From: Tubiluchus corallicola
Lineage: Eukaryota; Animalia; Priapulida
DNA: 64,000 nt
Direction of reading: 5' to 3'
Assembly (NCBI GenBank): GCA_030141605.1
Contig: JAQGDQ010000248.1
Span: forward strand, 1-64,000
A program made the position numbers and the translations under genes. Below, piece by piece: positions 53,430 through 64,000 of this stretch (within the stretch, counting starts at the first letter, position 1; each line of letters begins with the position of its first letter). A model generated the notes under the pieces. The model was not told where the DNA came from. It ran no database searches and worked only from the letters and a program-made list of their open reading frames with translations.

Positions 53430-55187
53430 TCACATCCTACTAAGAGCATCAGCACATTCATTTTTTTACTCCAGGAATGTGCTCAAGTGTGAAAGTGTAC
53501 TCCTGAAGGAGCAAAATCCATCTAGCAATTCTCTTGTTTTTAACTTTCATGTTTTGTAAGGGGACAAGTGATTTTGCATCCAACATGATCTTCGACCAAC
53601 TAGGTAAAAAGAAAGTTTTTCAACTGAATAGACAATTGCCAACAGCGCTTGTTCAATTGTTGAATAATTCTTTTCAGCTCCAGAGAGCTTCCTACTAATG
53701 TAAGTTATTGGTAGCTCATTACCTTGTGTGTCAAATTGTGAGAGAGTAGCACCGATGCCTGTATCACTTGCATCTGTAGTTACATAGAAAGTTTTCTCAA
53801 AATCAGGAGAATGAAGTATCGATTCCGTATTAATGGCATGGCAAAGAGTAACAAATGACTGCTCACAGTCGTCGTTCCAGACAATAGCATTTGGTTTACA
53901 CTTTTCAGTAAGTGCAATAAGTGGAATAGCAATGTTTGAAAAGTTTTTAATGAATCTGCGATAAAATCCTACGAAGCCTAAAAAACTGCGAACTTGTTTT
54001 TTAGTTTGTGGTCTTGCCATGTCTTTGAGTGCTTGTATTTTTGCAGGTTGTGGTCTGAGAACATTACAGCCCACAATGTAGCCAAGAAATTCGATTTCTC
54101 GTTGTGCAAAAGCACATTTAAGTGGCTTTATAGTTAGGCCTGCATGCATGATGCATGTTAATACAAGTTCAATGTGGTAAAGATGGTCTTTCCATGTCTG
54201 ACTTCTAATAGCTACATCATCAATATAACCAGATGCACAAGTGATTACTGGTTCCAGGACTGCCGGACTGGAATATAGACTATCTGACTCCTCAATCACT
54301 CCAAGGTCTTTCATATTTTGCACTTCCAAACGCACTGCTTCTCTTTGCGCTTGTGGAATGCGGTAAGGCTTTTGAGAAATTGGTTTGTCAGAAGTAAGAT
54401 TGATTTTGTGCTCAATTAGATTAGTTTTCCCAGGTATGTCGGAGAATACAATGGAGAATTTATCTAAAAGCTCAGTTAATTCCTGTTGTTGTTGTTTAGA
54501 CAGGTGAGTGGGTATTACCACATCTTTGACACTTTGTGTCGGTGTAACTAATGATGGAGGAAAACAATGATCAGGCATATCAGTTTCTTGTTTCAAAGAC
54601 AACCAAATATCTGCATTATTGTCCTCACCTAGTTCAGGCTGCTTATCAGAAAAGTTTTTAAACTGTTCTTCTCTTGGCAGGATACTTTGTGCATAGAGAA
54701 TTGTCTTTGCATCACGGGAAATATATTCCTTTAGATGATTGATGTGGAAGCATTGGGATTTCTTTCCTTTTTTCTGAATAGCTATCTCATATACATATTC
54801 AGATATTTTGCTCAACACCTCGTATGGACCTTGCCATATTTTGGCCAACTTCTTCTGAGAAGAGGGAAGCAGAACTAGAACTTGCATGCCTGGTTCTAAA
54901 GACCTATGACGACTCTTTTGGTCATACCAGTCTTTTTGTGCAACTTTAGCCTGTAACAACTGGTCATGAGCTTCTTCAGTTATGTCTTCGAGGTGATCAA
55001 TCATTTCGGCAACATAATCATCGAGTTCAACTGGGTTTGTAGACTTTTCTGAACCCCAGCGTTTTCTAAGGACTGCCATTGGTCCATTTATTTGATGGCC
55101 ATGCATGCACCAGTTCATATGGACTGTATTTGAGTGACTCTTGCGGTACCTCACGGTATGCAAAAAGAACAAAGCACAGAAGGTCAT
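53430..55187 (-). pseudogene. Pol part 2: integrase C-terminus, internally deleted RT, frameshifted RNase H
   Basis: WQGPYEV, PGKTNLIEHKI, YIDD, KC.F...EFLG, FLGFVGFYRRFI, TDAS. The ARWILLLQEY...NECADALSR tail is in another frame after ~53590. Confidence 0.88.
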
Positions 55188-56628
55188 CCCATTGAGATGT
55201 TTTCTTGGCTAAGCAAAGCTTTTTAATAGAAGCTTTTAGGCTGCCATTAAAACGTTCACAAAGACCTTGACTTTGGGGTCTATATGGGGTAGAAAAAACT
55301 CCTTGAATGTGCAGTGCTGTTTCCAGGTCGCGAATCAGTGACGATTTGAACTGAGTGCCTTGATCAGATTGGATAATCGAAGGGATTCCATATCTACACA
55401 TAAATTGTAGCAGACATCTTGCTACAGTGGAAGCTTCTGCATTTGGCATAGCATACGCATCTGGATAGCGTGTTGCTTGGTCGATTATAACTAACACGTA
55501 GCGATTATTCCTTTTGGTCCTATTAAATGGGCCACAAATATCAATTTGAATACTCTCAAAAGCTTTCTCTATGACAGGTAAAGGTTTGAGTTTCATCCTG
55601 TCTCTTGTCATATTTCGAGATGTTTTCTGACAAACTGGACAGGATTGTACATATCGCTTTATCGAATTATGAATTCCAGGCCAGGTATAATCAGATAAGA
55701 TTCGTTGTCGAGTCTTTTTAATACCCAAGTGACTTGCCATCTCTGTATCATGTGCTAGCTGCAACACCTCAAGTCTTCGAGACTTCGGAACTACCAACAA
55801 TGTCTTTGTCTTGCCTTTCTTGTCTCTTAGAGCTCTGTGAAGAACACCAGCTTCCAGGTAGTATGCATCACCCTTTTTCAGTGCTGTTTGTTTGCTAACA
55901 GCATTGTCTTGAAGATTCCTTAGGGTTACATCATCCTCCTGTTCATGAATTAGCTGAGCTCTAGACAAGTGAAACAACTTGTCATTATGCTGATTCAGAT
56001 CTGCCTTAATTCCATCATCCCCACTCGTAGCAGAAAACTCTCGTTGAGAATCACGCTTTGCTGCTTGAGCTCTTGTGACAACCAATGATTGACAAGCATG
56101 ATCAGCATTTACATCAGGAAACTGCGTCTTGGAATGTTTGTTCACTTTATGAGCGAGCTCATATGTGTTATCAAGAGGGATGTCATTCAACTGTTCCAAA
56201 GATAAGGCACGACCAAGACTCACCTTAGAGTTACCCATTGCAAATTGGATTTCCTCTGCTTTGGAGAATGGTTCCAATGCCTCTTTAAAGTCATTTCCAA
56301 TGACTATATTCTTAGGCAAATTAGGAATTACTATAACAGTAAGCCATCCATTTCCTAATGGTGAGAAAATTGGTATTTTAGCCAACGAAAATTTTTTCGT
56401 TTCACCCCAACAGCATATGAGAACAACAGTGTCTTCAGTGTATTGGTCTTTGGGTAAAAGAGTAGAGCGAACCATGGATGAATCAGCTCCAGTATCCCTA
56501 AGTGCATAACATCCAATGCCATTCATTGTAATCCATATATAGTGATTACCGTCTCTGAGATAACTGACATTATTCTGATTTGAAGAATCGGAGTAAGACC
56601 TTGTTCTTCTCTGAACAACTCCAGACAA
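55066..56628 (-). CDS. Pol part 1: aspartic protease plus integrase (HHCC, DDE)
   Basis: LRDTGA protease motif; AH..SHLG...CPVC zinc finger; IDICGP, SDQGTQF, CERFN catalytic motifs. Ends at a frameshift in SPYELV (apparent 4-bp duplication near 55103). Confidence 0.9.
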   Translation of the reverse strand: MSGVVQRRTRSYSDSSNQNNVSYLRDGNHYIWITMNGIGCYALRDTGADSSMVRSTLLPKDQYTEDTVVLICCWGETKKFSLAKIPIFSPLGNGWLTVIVIPNLPKNIVIGNDFKEALEPFSKAEEIQFAMGNSKVSLGRALSLEQLNDIPLDNTYELAHKVNKHSKTQFPDVNADHACQSLVVTRAQAAKRDSQREFSATSGDDGIKADLNQHNDKLFHLSRAQLIHEQEDDVTLRNLQDNAVSKQTALKKGDAYYLEAGVLHRALRDKKGKTKTLLVVPKSRRLEVLQLAHDTEMASHLGIKKTRQRILSDYTWPGIHNSIKRYVQSCPVCQKTSRNMTRDRMKLKPLPVIEKAFESIQIDICGPFNRTKRNNRYVLVIIDQATRYPDAYAMPNAEASTVARCLLQFMCRYGIPSIIQSDQGTQFKSSLIRDLETALHIQGVFSTPYRPQSQGLCERFNGSLKASIKKLCLAKKTSQWDDLLCFVLFAYREVPQESLKYSPYELVHAWPSNKWTNGSP

Positions 56629-57959
56629 CTGCTTCTTGAATGCAGAATTGAGTATGTCTTTTTCTCAGACGGGGTTGATTTCTGAATGGACTTATTCCTA
56701 CATTCATACTTGGAATGTCCTTTTTGCCCACATGAAAAACAATAAGCTTTTTTAGACTGTTGATAATTTGTGTCTTTGCGACCACTTATTTGATCAGCGA
56801 TATCATGATCAATTTTTCCATTGGCAATAGAGGAAACCTTTTTAAAGTTTCTTGTGCCCTTCCCCTTAAATGGTTTAATTGGTGCCACTTCTGTTGTAGA
56901 AGTCCAATAAATATCAGCACAATCTGCCATTTCTAAGTAGGAAGTGAATTTTTGCCTTTTCAGATAGGCAACTAAATCGTCAGGCAAACTAGTATATGCT
57001 TGCTCTAGAAAGAAATGATCACAGACGGCCTCTTTTGTTTTTGCGTCAACAGCATTTAACCATGCATTGCCAGCTTTGCGTACACGGCTGAAATAATTTC
57101 TGAAGGTTTCAGATTTATATTTGTGCGTATCGCGAAATGCTACACGATAGGCCTCTTTGGAAAGTTTATATGCGTCAAGTATTCGTTGTTTTACCGTATC
57201 ATAATCAGCTATCTCATCTTCTGAAAGTTCATCTAGTGCTCTATTCGCACGAGGTGTTACTACCCTGCTTAAATTTGCTACGTAGTCTCGCTTAGGGACT
57301 TTATTAACGCTCATGCAGCGTTCAAAATTGGAAAACAATTCCAAGATATCCATTTTAGAGTCATCCCAAACTGGTAGCTTAATTTTCAGTGGTGACTGAT
57401 TGTAATCTGGTGTACTTTGATTCATATAACTGTTCATCCCCATTTGACTTTGTAAGCGCATTTGTTCTAATTTTATTTGCTCTGTTTGTAAAATTTTTTC
57501 TTGCAATTGCAATTCTATCTGCTTAGTTTGTGTTATTTGGAAATAATTATCAGGTGCTTGCATTTGTTGCACAGGTAACGCATCCTGAAACATATTAGGA
57601 ATGTTTGGTGGCGGCGTTGTGTAAGGTTTAGATTTCACGACTCCACCAAAATTTTGTATAGCATGTTGGACACTGGGAGTGGACGTAGTGAGGGGGAGCT
57701 CGGCCGTTGCACCCTCGTCATCACGTGCATTCTGCTGTGTCAGCTGCGTATCAGGGAGACTAACATTTTCTTCCTGAACTGTGCCTTCATCAGGATTAAC
57801 TATGTCAGATTCAACAAAATTCTGGAACGCTAATATGCGAGTTATTAATTCTTGCTTGCTACCTGAGGTTGGTAAACCAAATGCTTTTGCTGTTTCCAAA
57901 AGTTCAGCTTTTCTCATGGAATCTAAAGCTTCTTTCGTCAAAATAACTTTGGATTCCAT
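56523..57959 (-). CDS. Gag with N-terminal SAP-like domain, capsid region and CCHC zinc knuckle
   Basis: LDSMRKAELLETAKAFGLPTSGSKQELITRILAF resembles the SAP consensus; YDTVKQRIL...YRVAFR...ETFRNY is capsid-like; CFSCGQKGHSKYEC knuckle. Confidence 0.85.
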   Translation of the reverse strand: MESKVILTKEALDSMRKAELLETAKAFGLPTSGSKQELITRILAFQNFVESDIVNPDEGTVQEENVSLPDTQLTQQNARDDEGATAELPLTTSTPSVQHAIQNFGGVVKSKPYTTPPPNIPNMFQDALPVQQMQAPDNYFQITQTKQIELQLQEKILQTEQIKLEQMRLQSQMGMNSYMNQSTPDYNQSPLKIKLPVWDDSKMDILELFSNFERCMSVNKVPKRDYVANLSRVVTPRANRALDELSEDEIADYDTVKQRILDAYKLSKEAYRVAFRDTHKYKSETFRNYFSRVRKAGNAWLNAVDAKTKEAVCDHFFLEQAYTSLPDDLVAYLKRQKFTSYLEMADCADIYWTSTTEVAPIKPFKGKGTRNFKKVSSIANGKIDHDIADQISGRKDTNYQQSKKAYCFSCGQKGHSKYECRNKSIQKSTPSEKKTYSILHSRSSCLELFREEQGLTPILQIRIMSVISETVITIYGLQ

Positions 57960-58637
57960 TATGTATTAATTGTTTCAGTGAATGTATGAACTAAGGTTGC
58001 TAATTCACAAGAGTTATACTGTAGTAACTGTATAGGTAAGCAGAAAAAAAACGCTTAAAGTAAACTAAGTCAGAATACCCACAAGTAATGCTATGGTAAT
58101 TTATGCGCTAAGTTCAGACAGTGCTTTATAGGAAAGTCTGTTTGCACTGTGTATTTAAGGGATCTATAGCCAGAGAAAAATTTCCACGCAAATACTATGA
58201 AGCCAGTTACTATGCTAAATACACCTATGTACGGGCATTCACGCAATAACAACTTATTACCTTGAAAACACAAAACTTAACCGTAAATAGAAAATCATGT
58301 GGTGACACACCAAACAGGTATTTTAGCATAAACAAGCATAGGGTTTTATCAGTCTAGTAAAAATTGCAGATATTAGGCATTTATGATTTACGGTACAACA
58401 CAGTATAAACTGATTAGTATTACCAACATAATTATTAAATTTCCTGCAATCATAGACAGCTCTTCCCTAAAAATTTGTTGCTAAACTACTTTCGTTAAAA
58501 GTTGAAACTCACAACAATTACACTGTTCACATGTACTAGAATGAAGAAAAACAATAACTACTACTGCTGTAAACTGATGTCAAATTAATTATGACAAACC
58601 ATTGCTACAACTGTTATACTGTGGCAATTACTTTAAA

Positions 58638-58650
58638 ACCGCTGCCACCA
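58638..58650 (-). other. Primer binding site complementary to the tRNA-Leu 3' end
   Basis: Minus strand TGGTGGCAGCGGT starts 1 nt after the 5' LTR end; its complement ACCGCTGCCA-CCA matches the 3' end of animal tRNA-Leu(AAG/TAG) as I recall it. Confidence 0.8.
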
Positions 58651-58651
58651 T

Positions 58652-59853
58652 TGTGATGACCCTGATCCTGTATTTCCTCTAGGGGAATCAAAGAGGGGCA
58701 TGCTGCGTTAGTTTTACATCTCATAACAGAAGGGAGCTAGTATGATAGTCACTAAATGTATGGATGCAGATCGGCCTAAGGCTAATGTTAAAAATACGGG
58801 GGACTATGGCCTATTTGCATTCTATACACTAATGGATTGAAGAAAGAAAAAGATCAAATGGCAGACATTAAAATAATTAATCAAACAATTTAATCGTTAA
58901 CAAATTCCAAAGTGATTCGATTTAAGCAAAAGTTCAGTAATAACAAAGATATAGCAATATTGACAAAGCTTGGGGTTAGTAGGGTATATACGTTTGCATA
59001 AAGTTCATGTCTGCCCACTTTGTACCTAGGTTTTTTGAAACACCTTTCCTTTAAAGCGAACAGTTTGTAGAACGGTAGCAATACGTCGTATAACCTCTGC
59101 GTCTGAATACAGTTGCGATTCCAAACTTCGTCAGAGAAACTACCAATTAGTCTTTACCCAGCAAGTAGCATCGAAGAACATTAGGCTAGTATACGTGATG
59201 TTTACGTTATCAGTGCGACGTTAGTTACGATCGTAACAAAAGCGAAAAGTACCTGTTACCACCCTGGATGTGGTTCTGTAGTAGGTCGATCCATTTGTCA
59301 GTCAGTGGTTAACTCCACTACTGCAGACTGCAGGCCAGCATCTCTGGGACCACTCTGGTTGACGACCACGTGTTACACCAACTAGGCTCTCACAGTATCA
59401 CCATGTACATTACACACCATATCTTGTGTGAAACTTTCTAGTACGGCATTTCTCTTCAACAAAATATAACTTCACAGAGACGAGTAAACGACCTGTCTCG
59501 TTCTGTGTCAAGTTGCCGTCTATATCTAAACAGTGTTAAACGAAGTTCGTCGAGAAGCCACTCGCTTAAACAGCTATAATTTTATTCACCTGTACACTAT
59601 CGTTAACCTTGACTTAGCCACTGCATTACAGCCGCGATAGGGCAGACAAGAGTGGGTCAGACGGAATTCAAAAGGGGGTTTGTTAGTAGGTGCCTACATC
59701 CTAACAAAATATCAATAATTAATAATACAATTAACTATCACTGCCAGTAGCTAGATATCATACATATCAACTAATTAAATATATTGTATGAATAGGGCTT
59801 AATGTTGCATAAGCATAATGTGAGAACTATTAAATGTAGGGCGAAACATGACA
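58652..59853 (-). repeat. 5' LTR (1202 bp)
   Basis: Direct repeat of 52005-53206; adjacent to the PBS. Confidence 0.92.
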
Positions 59854-62800
59854 ATCAGAGTATAAATTTCTTCAATACCTGAAGATTGAACTTAATTAAT
59901 TACCAGTAACATCTGACAACAATTTAATATCCTTACAAAAACGAACTAATACACCTTTACACAAAATTGGTAATTGGACGAGAGCCAATAAATTGTCGGT
60001 TAATTACTGTTAAGTTTATGTTAATTAGCAATAAACTGTCACCACAAGATCATGCAGCCCTTAAAATTAAAATGTGTATTAAGCCTATAATACAAAATTA
60101 ATCTATTATCTCAAAGTCACCAAAATATGACATTTTGTAATTGTTTATGATAATATTTCCTCATGTAAAAATTGTCTATTTAAACTGTAATGGCCCGTGC
60201 ATATAGGGGCACACCATAGGAGCCAGTTAATGGTAGTCGCTGTTAAGTTCGATCAGTTCCTTGGCCGAGCTGGGAGTACTAACCGACTGCCCACTAAACG
60301 AAACAGACAGTAGCTGAGCGAAGGCAGACTCTACGGGGCTCTATTTAAATAGCATGGATTCTTTTGTGGTGTGATGGATGAAAGACAAGTTTTTATCTAT
60401 ACCTCAAAAATCAAACTGTAACCAGTCGAATAAGTAACAAAATATTAGTTTAATGACACAATAAGAACATCAACAGTCGTGAAATTTAGCTATTTGCAAA
60501 CAATGGAAATTAGTAATAAGCAAAAGTGAATCCGAAAACGCTACTATGGCATGAAGTAAATGCAGTGACAAAAACATACAAAAATCATACAGTGTTCCTG
60601 ACTACTTAAAGGATTCCTACTTAGACTACCAGCCACCCCTAAACGCGTATGCTAGCATAATATCTTCTCCAAACGGACGTAGTTTGTAGTCATAGTCATT
60701 TAGAACGACTAAAGTATGGTTCAGACTTTATCTAATGGGTTCACGACCCCCACAGTAACGACGTAAAAATCTGAGAGAAACGTAGTTAAAGTAATAAAGT
60801 ATTTAAGTAACAATTTATCGTCGGTTTGCACAACTTTCAAACTGCTACTCAACAATTGGAATTTTTGAATTCCTATAACAGTGAACAATGCAATTCTAAA
60901 ATATGAATAGTGTCATTTCAATTACGATTATTGTTGATTTCTATCCTCTTTGTTGACAAATACTACGCGTAATTATTATGCTATAGTTGAAAGTAAACAA
61001 CCACGAATGGCTCATAATATAGTAACTGTGTTCGTCTTATACTGCACCTCATGGCTTGTATTTGTTACTAGTGAATCAAGAGACAAGACCTCTGGAAGTC
61101 TAAAGTATAATGCAGCGTTAAATTCGAAAAACGAAGAAGAACCATACTTCAGCTCTACTCAAAGTTCTCTTAATAAAGGTTAGTCTAAAAGCCTAAACAA
61201 GATTTAACAAATTATATAATCATATTTACATCAGCTGAAACAAAATGCATTAACTGCTCTGTAAGAGTTAGCAATGGCGTTTTTCATCAGATTTGTAATA
61301 AATCATATTTTCTCGTATTCATCTTCTGTAATTGCTCTGTGATAAAAGAGTCTTAATAACTAATCAATTTTTAGCAAAACCATTTCCATAGTTTTTGGTA
61401 ATGATAATGCAAGTTCATTTTTGCAGAACAGATTTCGCCAGAATCAAGGATTATTGGTGGAGAGGATGTCGTTGGCAGAGAATTTCCCTTCATGGTATAA
61501 TTTTTGTTGTTTAAACTAAGTTTCATAAGCAAGCCTCTATTAATGGGCACAAAGTAAGTGAAAAGACACCTGACACTTTCTATACTTATACGAAAGACAC
61601 GTGCAGTGCCATCATTTGACTGGATCTGCATCTTTAGCGAGTATAAGATCTCTTTCATTTAATAATAATAATATGGTGTATGTCTTGAGGCGGAATAAGG
61701 TTTTGTAATCTCTTGCTGGGACCGAGCCAGGTTTTGATAGATGGAAAACCTCAGTAAAGGCAATCCTGGTGGAAGTAGGTAAGCTTCCAACGAGGACATT
61801 AAACCAATCGTCTTCATGGATGATAACAGTGACAGGATAGACTCCAAAAACTAGAGAAGCAATCAAATAAAATATTGTTTATTGTACTAATGTTACTATA
61901 AACTAGCAAACCCGTACAAAACATTTGTGACATTGTTACATATAGGACCTATTTTTACCCGATAAACAAGGTTGTTGTCGTTCTCGTTTCTGTCACTGCC
62001 ATCGTCGTCATTGTGACCACTGGCGGTACAACAGCTTTTAGTCCAAGAATGTTACTTATCACACCATTGTTTTAGTTGGCCACATCATCTCGCCATCTGG
62101 CGACTAACGTAATAGTGATATTAAAAAAATTAGTACATGGTATTTTTTAAGGTTTCACTTGGTTATGAAGCAAAATTTATTTGTGGAGGAACAGTCCTCA
62201 ACGAACGATGGGTATTGACAGCTTCTCATTGTCTGCTTGGGTAAGTATATCACTTTTGACAACGTCCTGTTACGACAGAAGGGCGTAGTACAATGCCACA
62301 ATTATCAGCAACTCATTGTTGTGTTTTTGAGTAAGTACTTTTGACAGCACGTTGTACAACAAGTTGCACAGGGCACCTAGTAGGACACTAACTGTTGGTG
62401 TTCTAAGGCATGAATCACATTTCAAACACTGTGATTCACCATGAAAAACAACCAGAGTTTGTGCACTTATTGTCCTCAGACCTTTTGTCATTGCGATATT
62501 TGAAAGATTAATTGGAAAAGAAAATTCTTAATATAATTTAAAATGCCTGCCCCCAACTGGCAAAATGTCACTAAACCACGATCCCAGTGTGCATTCCCTG
62601 TTTAGCAAAAACCCTTCATTGATCTTATTGACAATAATATAAAGTAATTTAAATTTAATGTGCTACAAACGCTCTGGTTATGTTTTCTACTTTACGCAAT
62701 ATTATTACAAGTTTTATAAAGCGTTGCAGCCAATGAAAGTCCTACTTGCAATAAGACAGCATGTAAGTGATACAAATATTCAAACTTTTTATGCTCTACT

Positions 62801-64000
62801 TATGAAAAGCGTTCTTTTGTCTTACAAACCTCCAAGCCTGGCCAAGATAAATTTACTCTTATCTAATCAAGCTGAACAATACAAGAATAAGGATATTGCC
62901 AAGTAAAGTAAATTAAATTTTGCTTAAAATCAAATCAATCAATAAATAAATAAACAGATACTAAAATAGATCAATATTAAGTGCAGTAAACAGTTTAGAA
63001 TTATTTTCTAGCAAAACAACAGGTCCACACTTTGAAGTTTACATGGGAAGCAACATCTATGACGACCCGAAGGTGTGGCGCTTTGTAAGTTTACATGAAG
63101 TTTTTTAAATTTACATACATGCGTTCATATTTACATAAAGTTTTTATGTTTATAATTATTATAGTTGCATAGTTACGTATGTGTAATTCTTGTGGTTACA
63201 AATATGATTATTGAAGCTACTGTTTAGTAACTTTATACGGCTGCTCTTTTGAAATGTATATAATCATTTGACTTAGTTGGTTATACAAAATCAATTCAAA
63301 TTTCCTGTCTTGCTAGTAAAACGAAAATCCGTAATAACTTCATGCATATTTTGCTTAATTAGTCTGGAATGCGAAGCATTGACTTATTGAGTTTTTCTGC
63401 CCAACTGCCTGTACATGTCGTTGAGAACATCATTTAGCGATGCTATGGAATCCATTTCACGAATATTTAGAACTCCATTTGGCATTGCAATGGAATCAGT
63501 TTTATAGTAAAAATTTATAATACGAAGTTACTTCATAATGACACCATTCACGACGAAAAATATCTGTGAATAAGGTTACATGGCAATCGAGTAATCCAAA
63601 ACTTCGTTAACCGCTTTGATTAGAAACCTATTTAGATCTGCTTGTGAAAAATACATAGCAGATAATACTGGTTTGTAGATCTCTGGAAGAAATATCCGAA
63701 AGTAATGTCAGCAATTATATGTAATTTAGAGTGTCTTTCAGCAACTATAGCAGATGCTACAACAATATGAAACAAACAAGCAGGAAAACGAATAGACAAA
63801 TAAACAAGCAAGCAAACAAACAAGCACACTGCCTAAGACATGCAAATGAATTTACACTGACGCATAATCTTAATAGCCGACTAAGACGCCAATAAAGAGT
63901 CAGTTATTGCAGAAATTATGAAGCAAGAGCGCATGCGCCATAACTTTTGATAGTGATGAGGTGACATGAGTCGAACTGTTCTCGCAAACTGCGTTCATGA
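59854..64000. repeat. Start of unit 4, near-identical to 1-4147
   Basis: Identical ORF translations at offset 59,853; by eye only a few substitutions (e.g. ~59870, ~60299, ~62186). Confidence 0.92.
61007..63084 (+). CDS. S1A serine protease, copy 4; exons 1-4 only (gene runs off the window end), near-identical to copy 1
   Basis: Exons 61007-61178, 61427-61494, 62152-62240, 63012-63084 equal the copy 1 exons shifted by 59,853; R|IIGG and TASHC present. Confidence 0.9.

Larger units (their letters stand above)
29365..59853. repeat. Tandem segmental unit 3 (protease, intact LRR, LINE, LTR element), 30,489 bp
   Basis: Collinear with unit 2 once the two retrotransposons are removed. Confidence 0.9.
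52005..59853 (-). mobile_element. Ty3/Gypsy LTR retrotransposon of the Gmr1 type (gag-PR-IN-RT-RH order), coding-defective
   Basis: Two 1202-bp LTRs with TG...CA ends, a PBS, a PPT and gypsy-type pol motifs with integrase upstream of RT. Absent from the homologous sites at ~11990 and ~29356. Confidence 0.92.

Overview
AT-rich eukaryotic (apparently invertebrate animal) genomic DNA with GT-AG introns; the organism cannot be identified from this window. It is a tandem array of one two-gene unit, with unit starts at 1, 11999, 29365 and 59854. Each unit carries (i) a 7-exon S1-family serine protease on + with a signal peptide, R|I(I/V)GG activation site, intact His/Asp/Ser triad, Ser189 and a hydrophobic GPI/TM-like tail, and (ii) a 5-exon leucine-rich-repeat (LRR) gene on - with a signal peptide, four Cys-capped LRR modules joined by phase-1 introns and a hydrophobic GPI/TM-like tail. 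The three complete proteases all splice to open frames and differ mostly in substrate-binding loops. Only one LRR copy is intact (unit 3, about 1003 aa by my splice model); unit 2's is a pseudogene and unit 1 keeps only the last exon. 59854-64000 is almost identical to 1-4147, implying a higher-order repeat of 59,853 bp. Insertions include a full-length LINE in LRR intron 1, a Gmr1-type LTR retrotransposon (integrase before RT, SAP-like domain in gag, tRNA-Leu PBS), a solo LTR, two MITE families and a tRNA-like element. All gene models were spliced by eye and need RNA confirmation.
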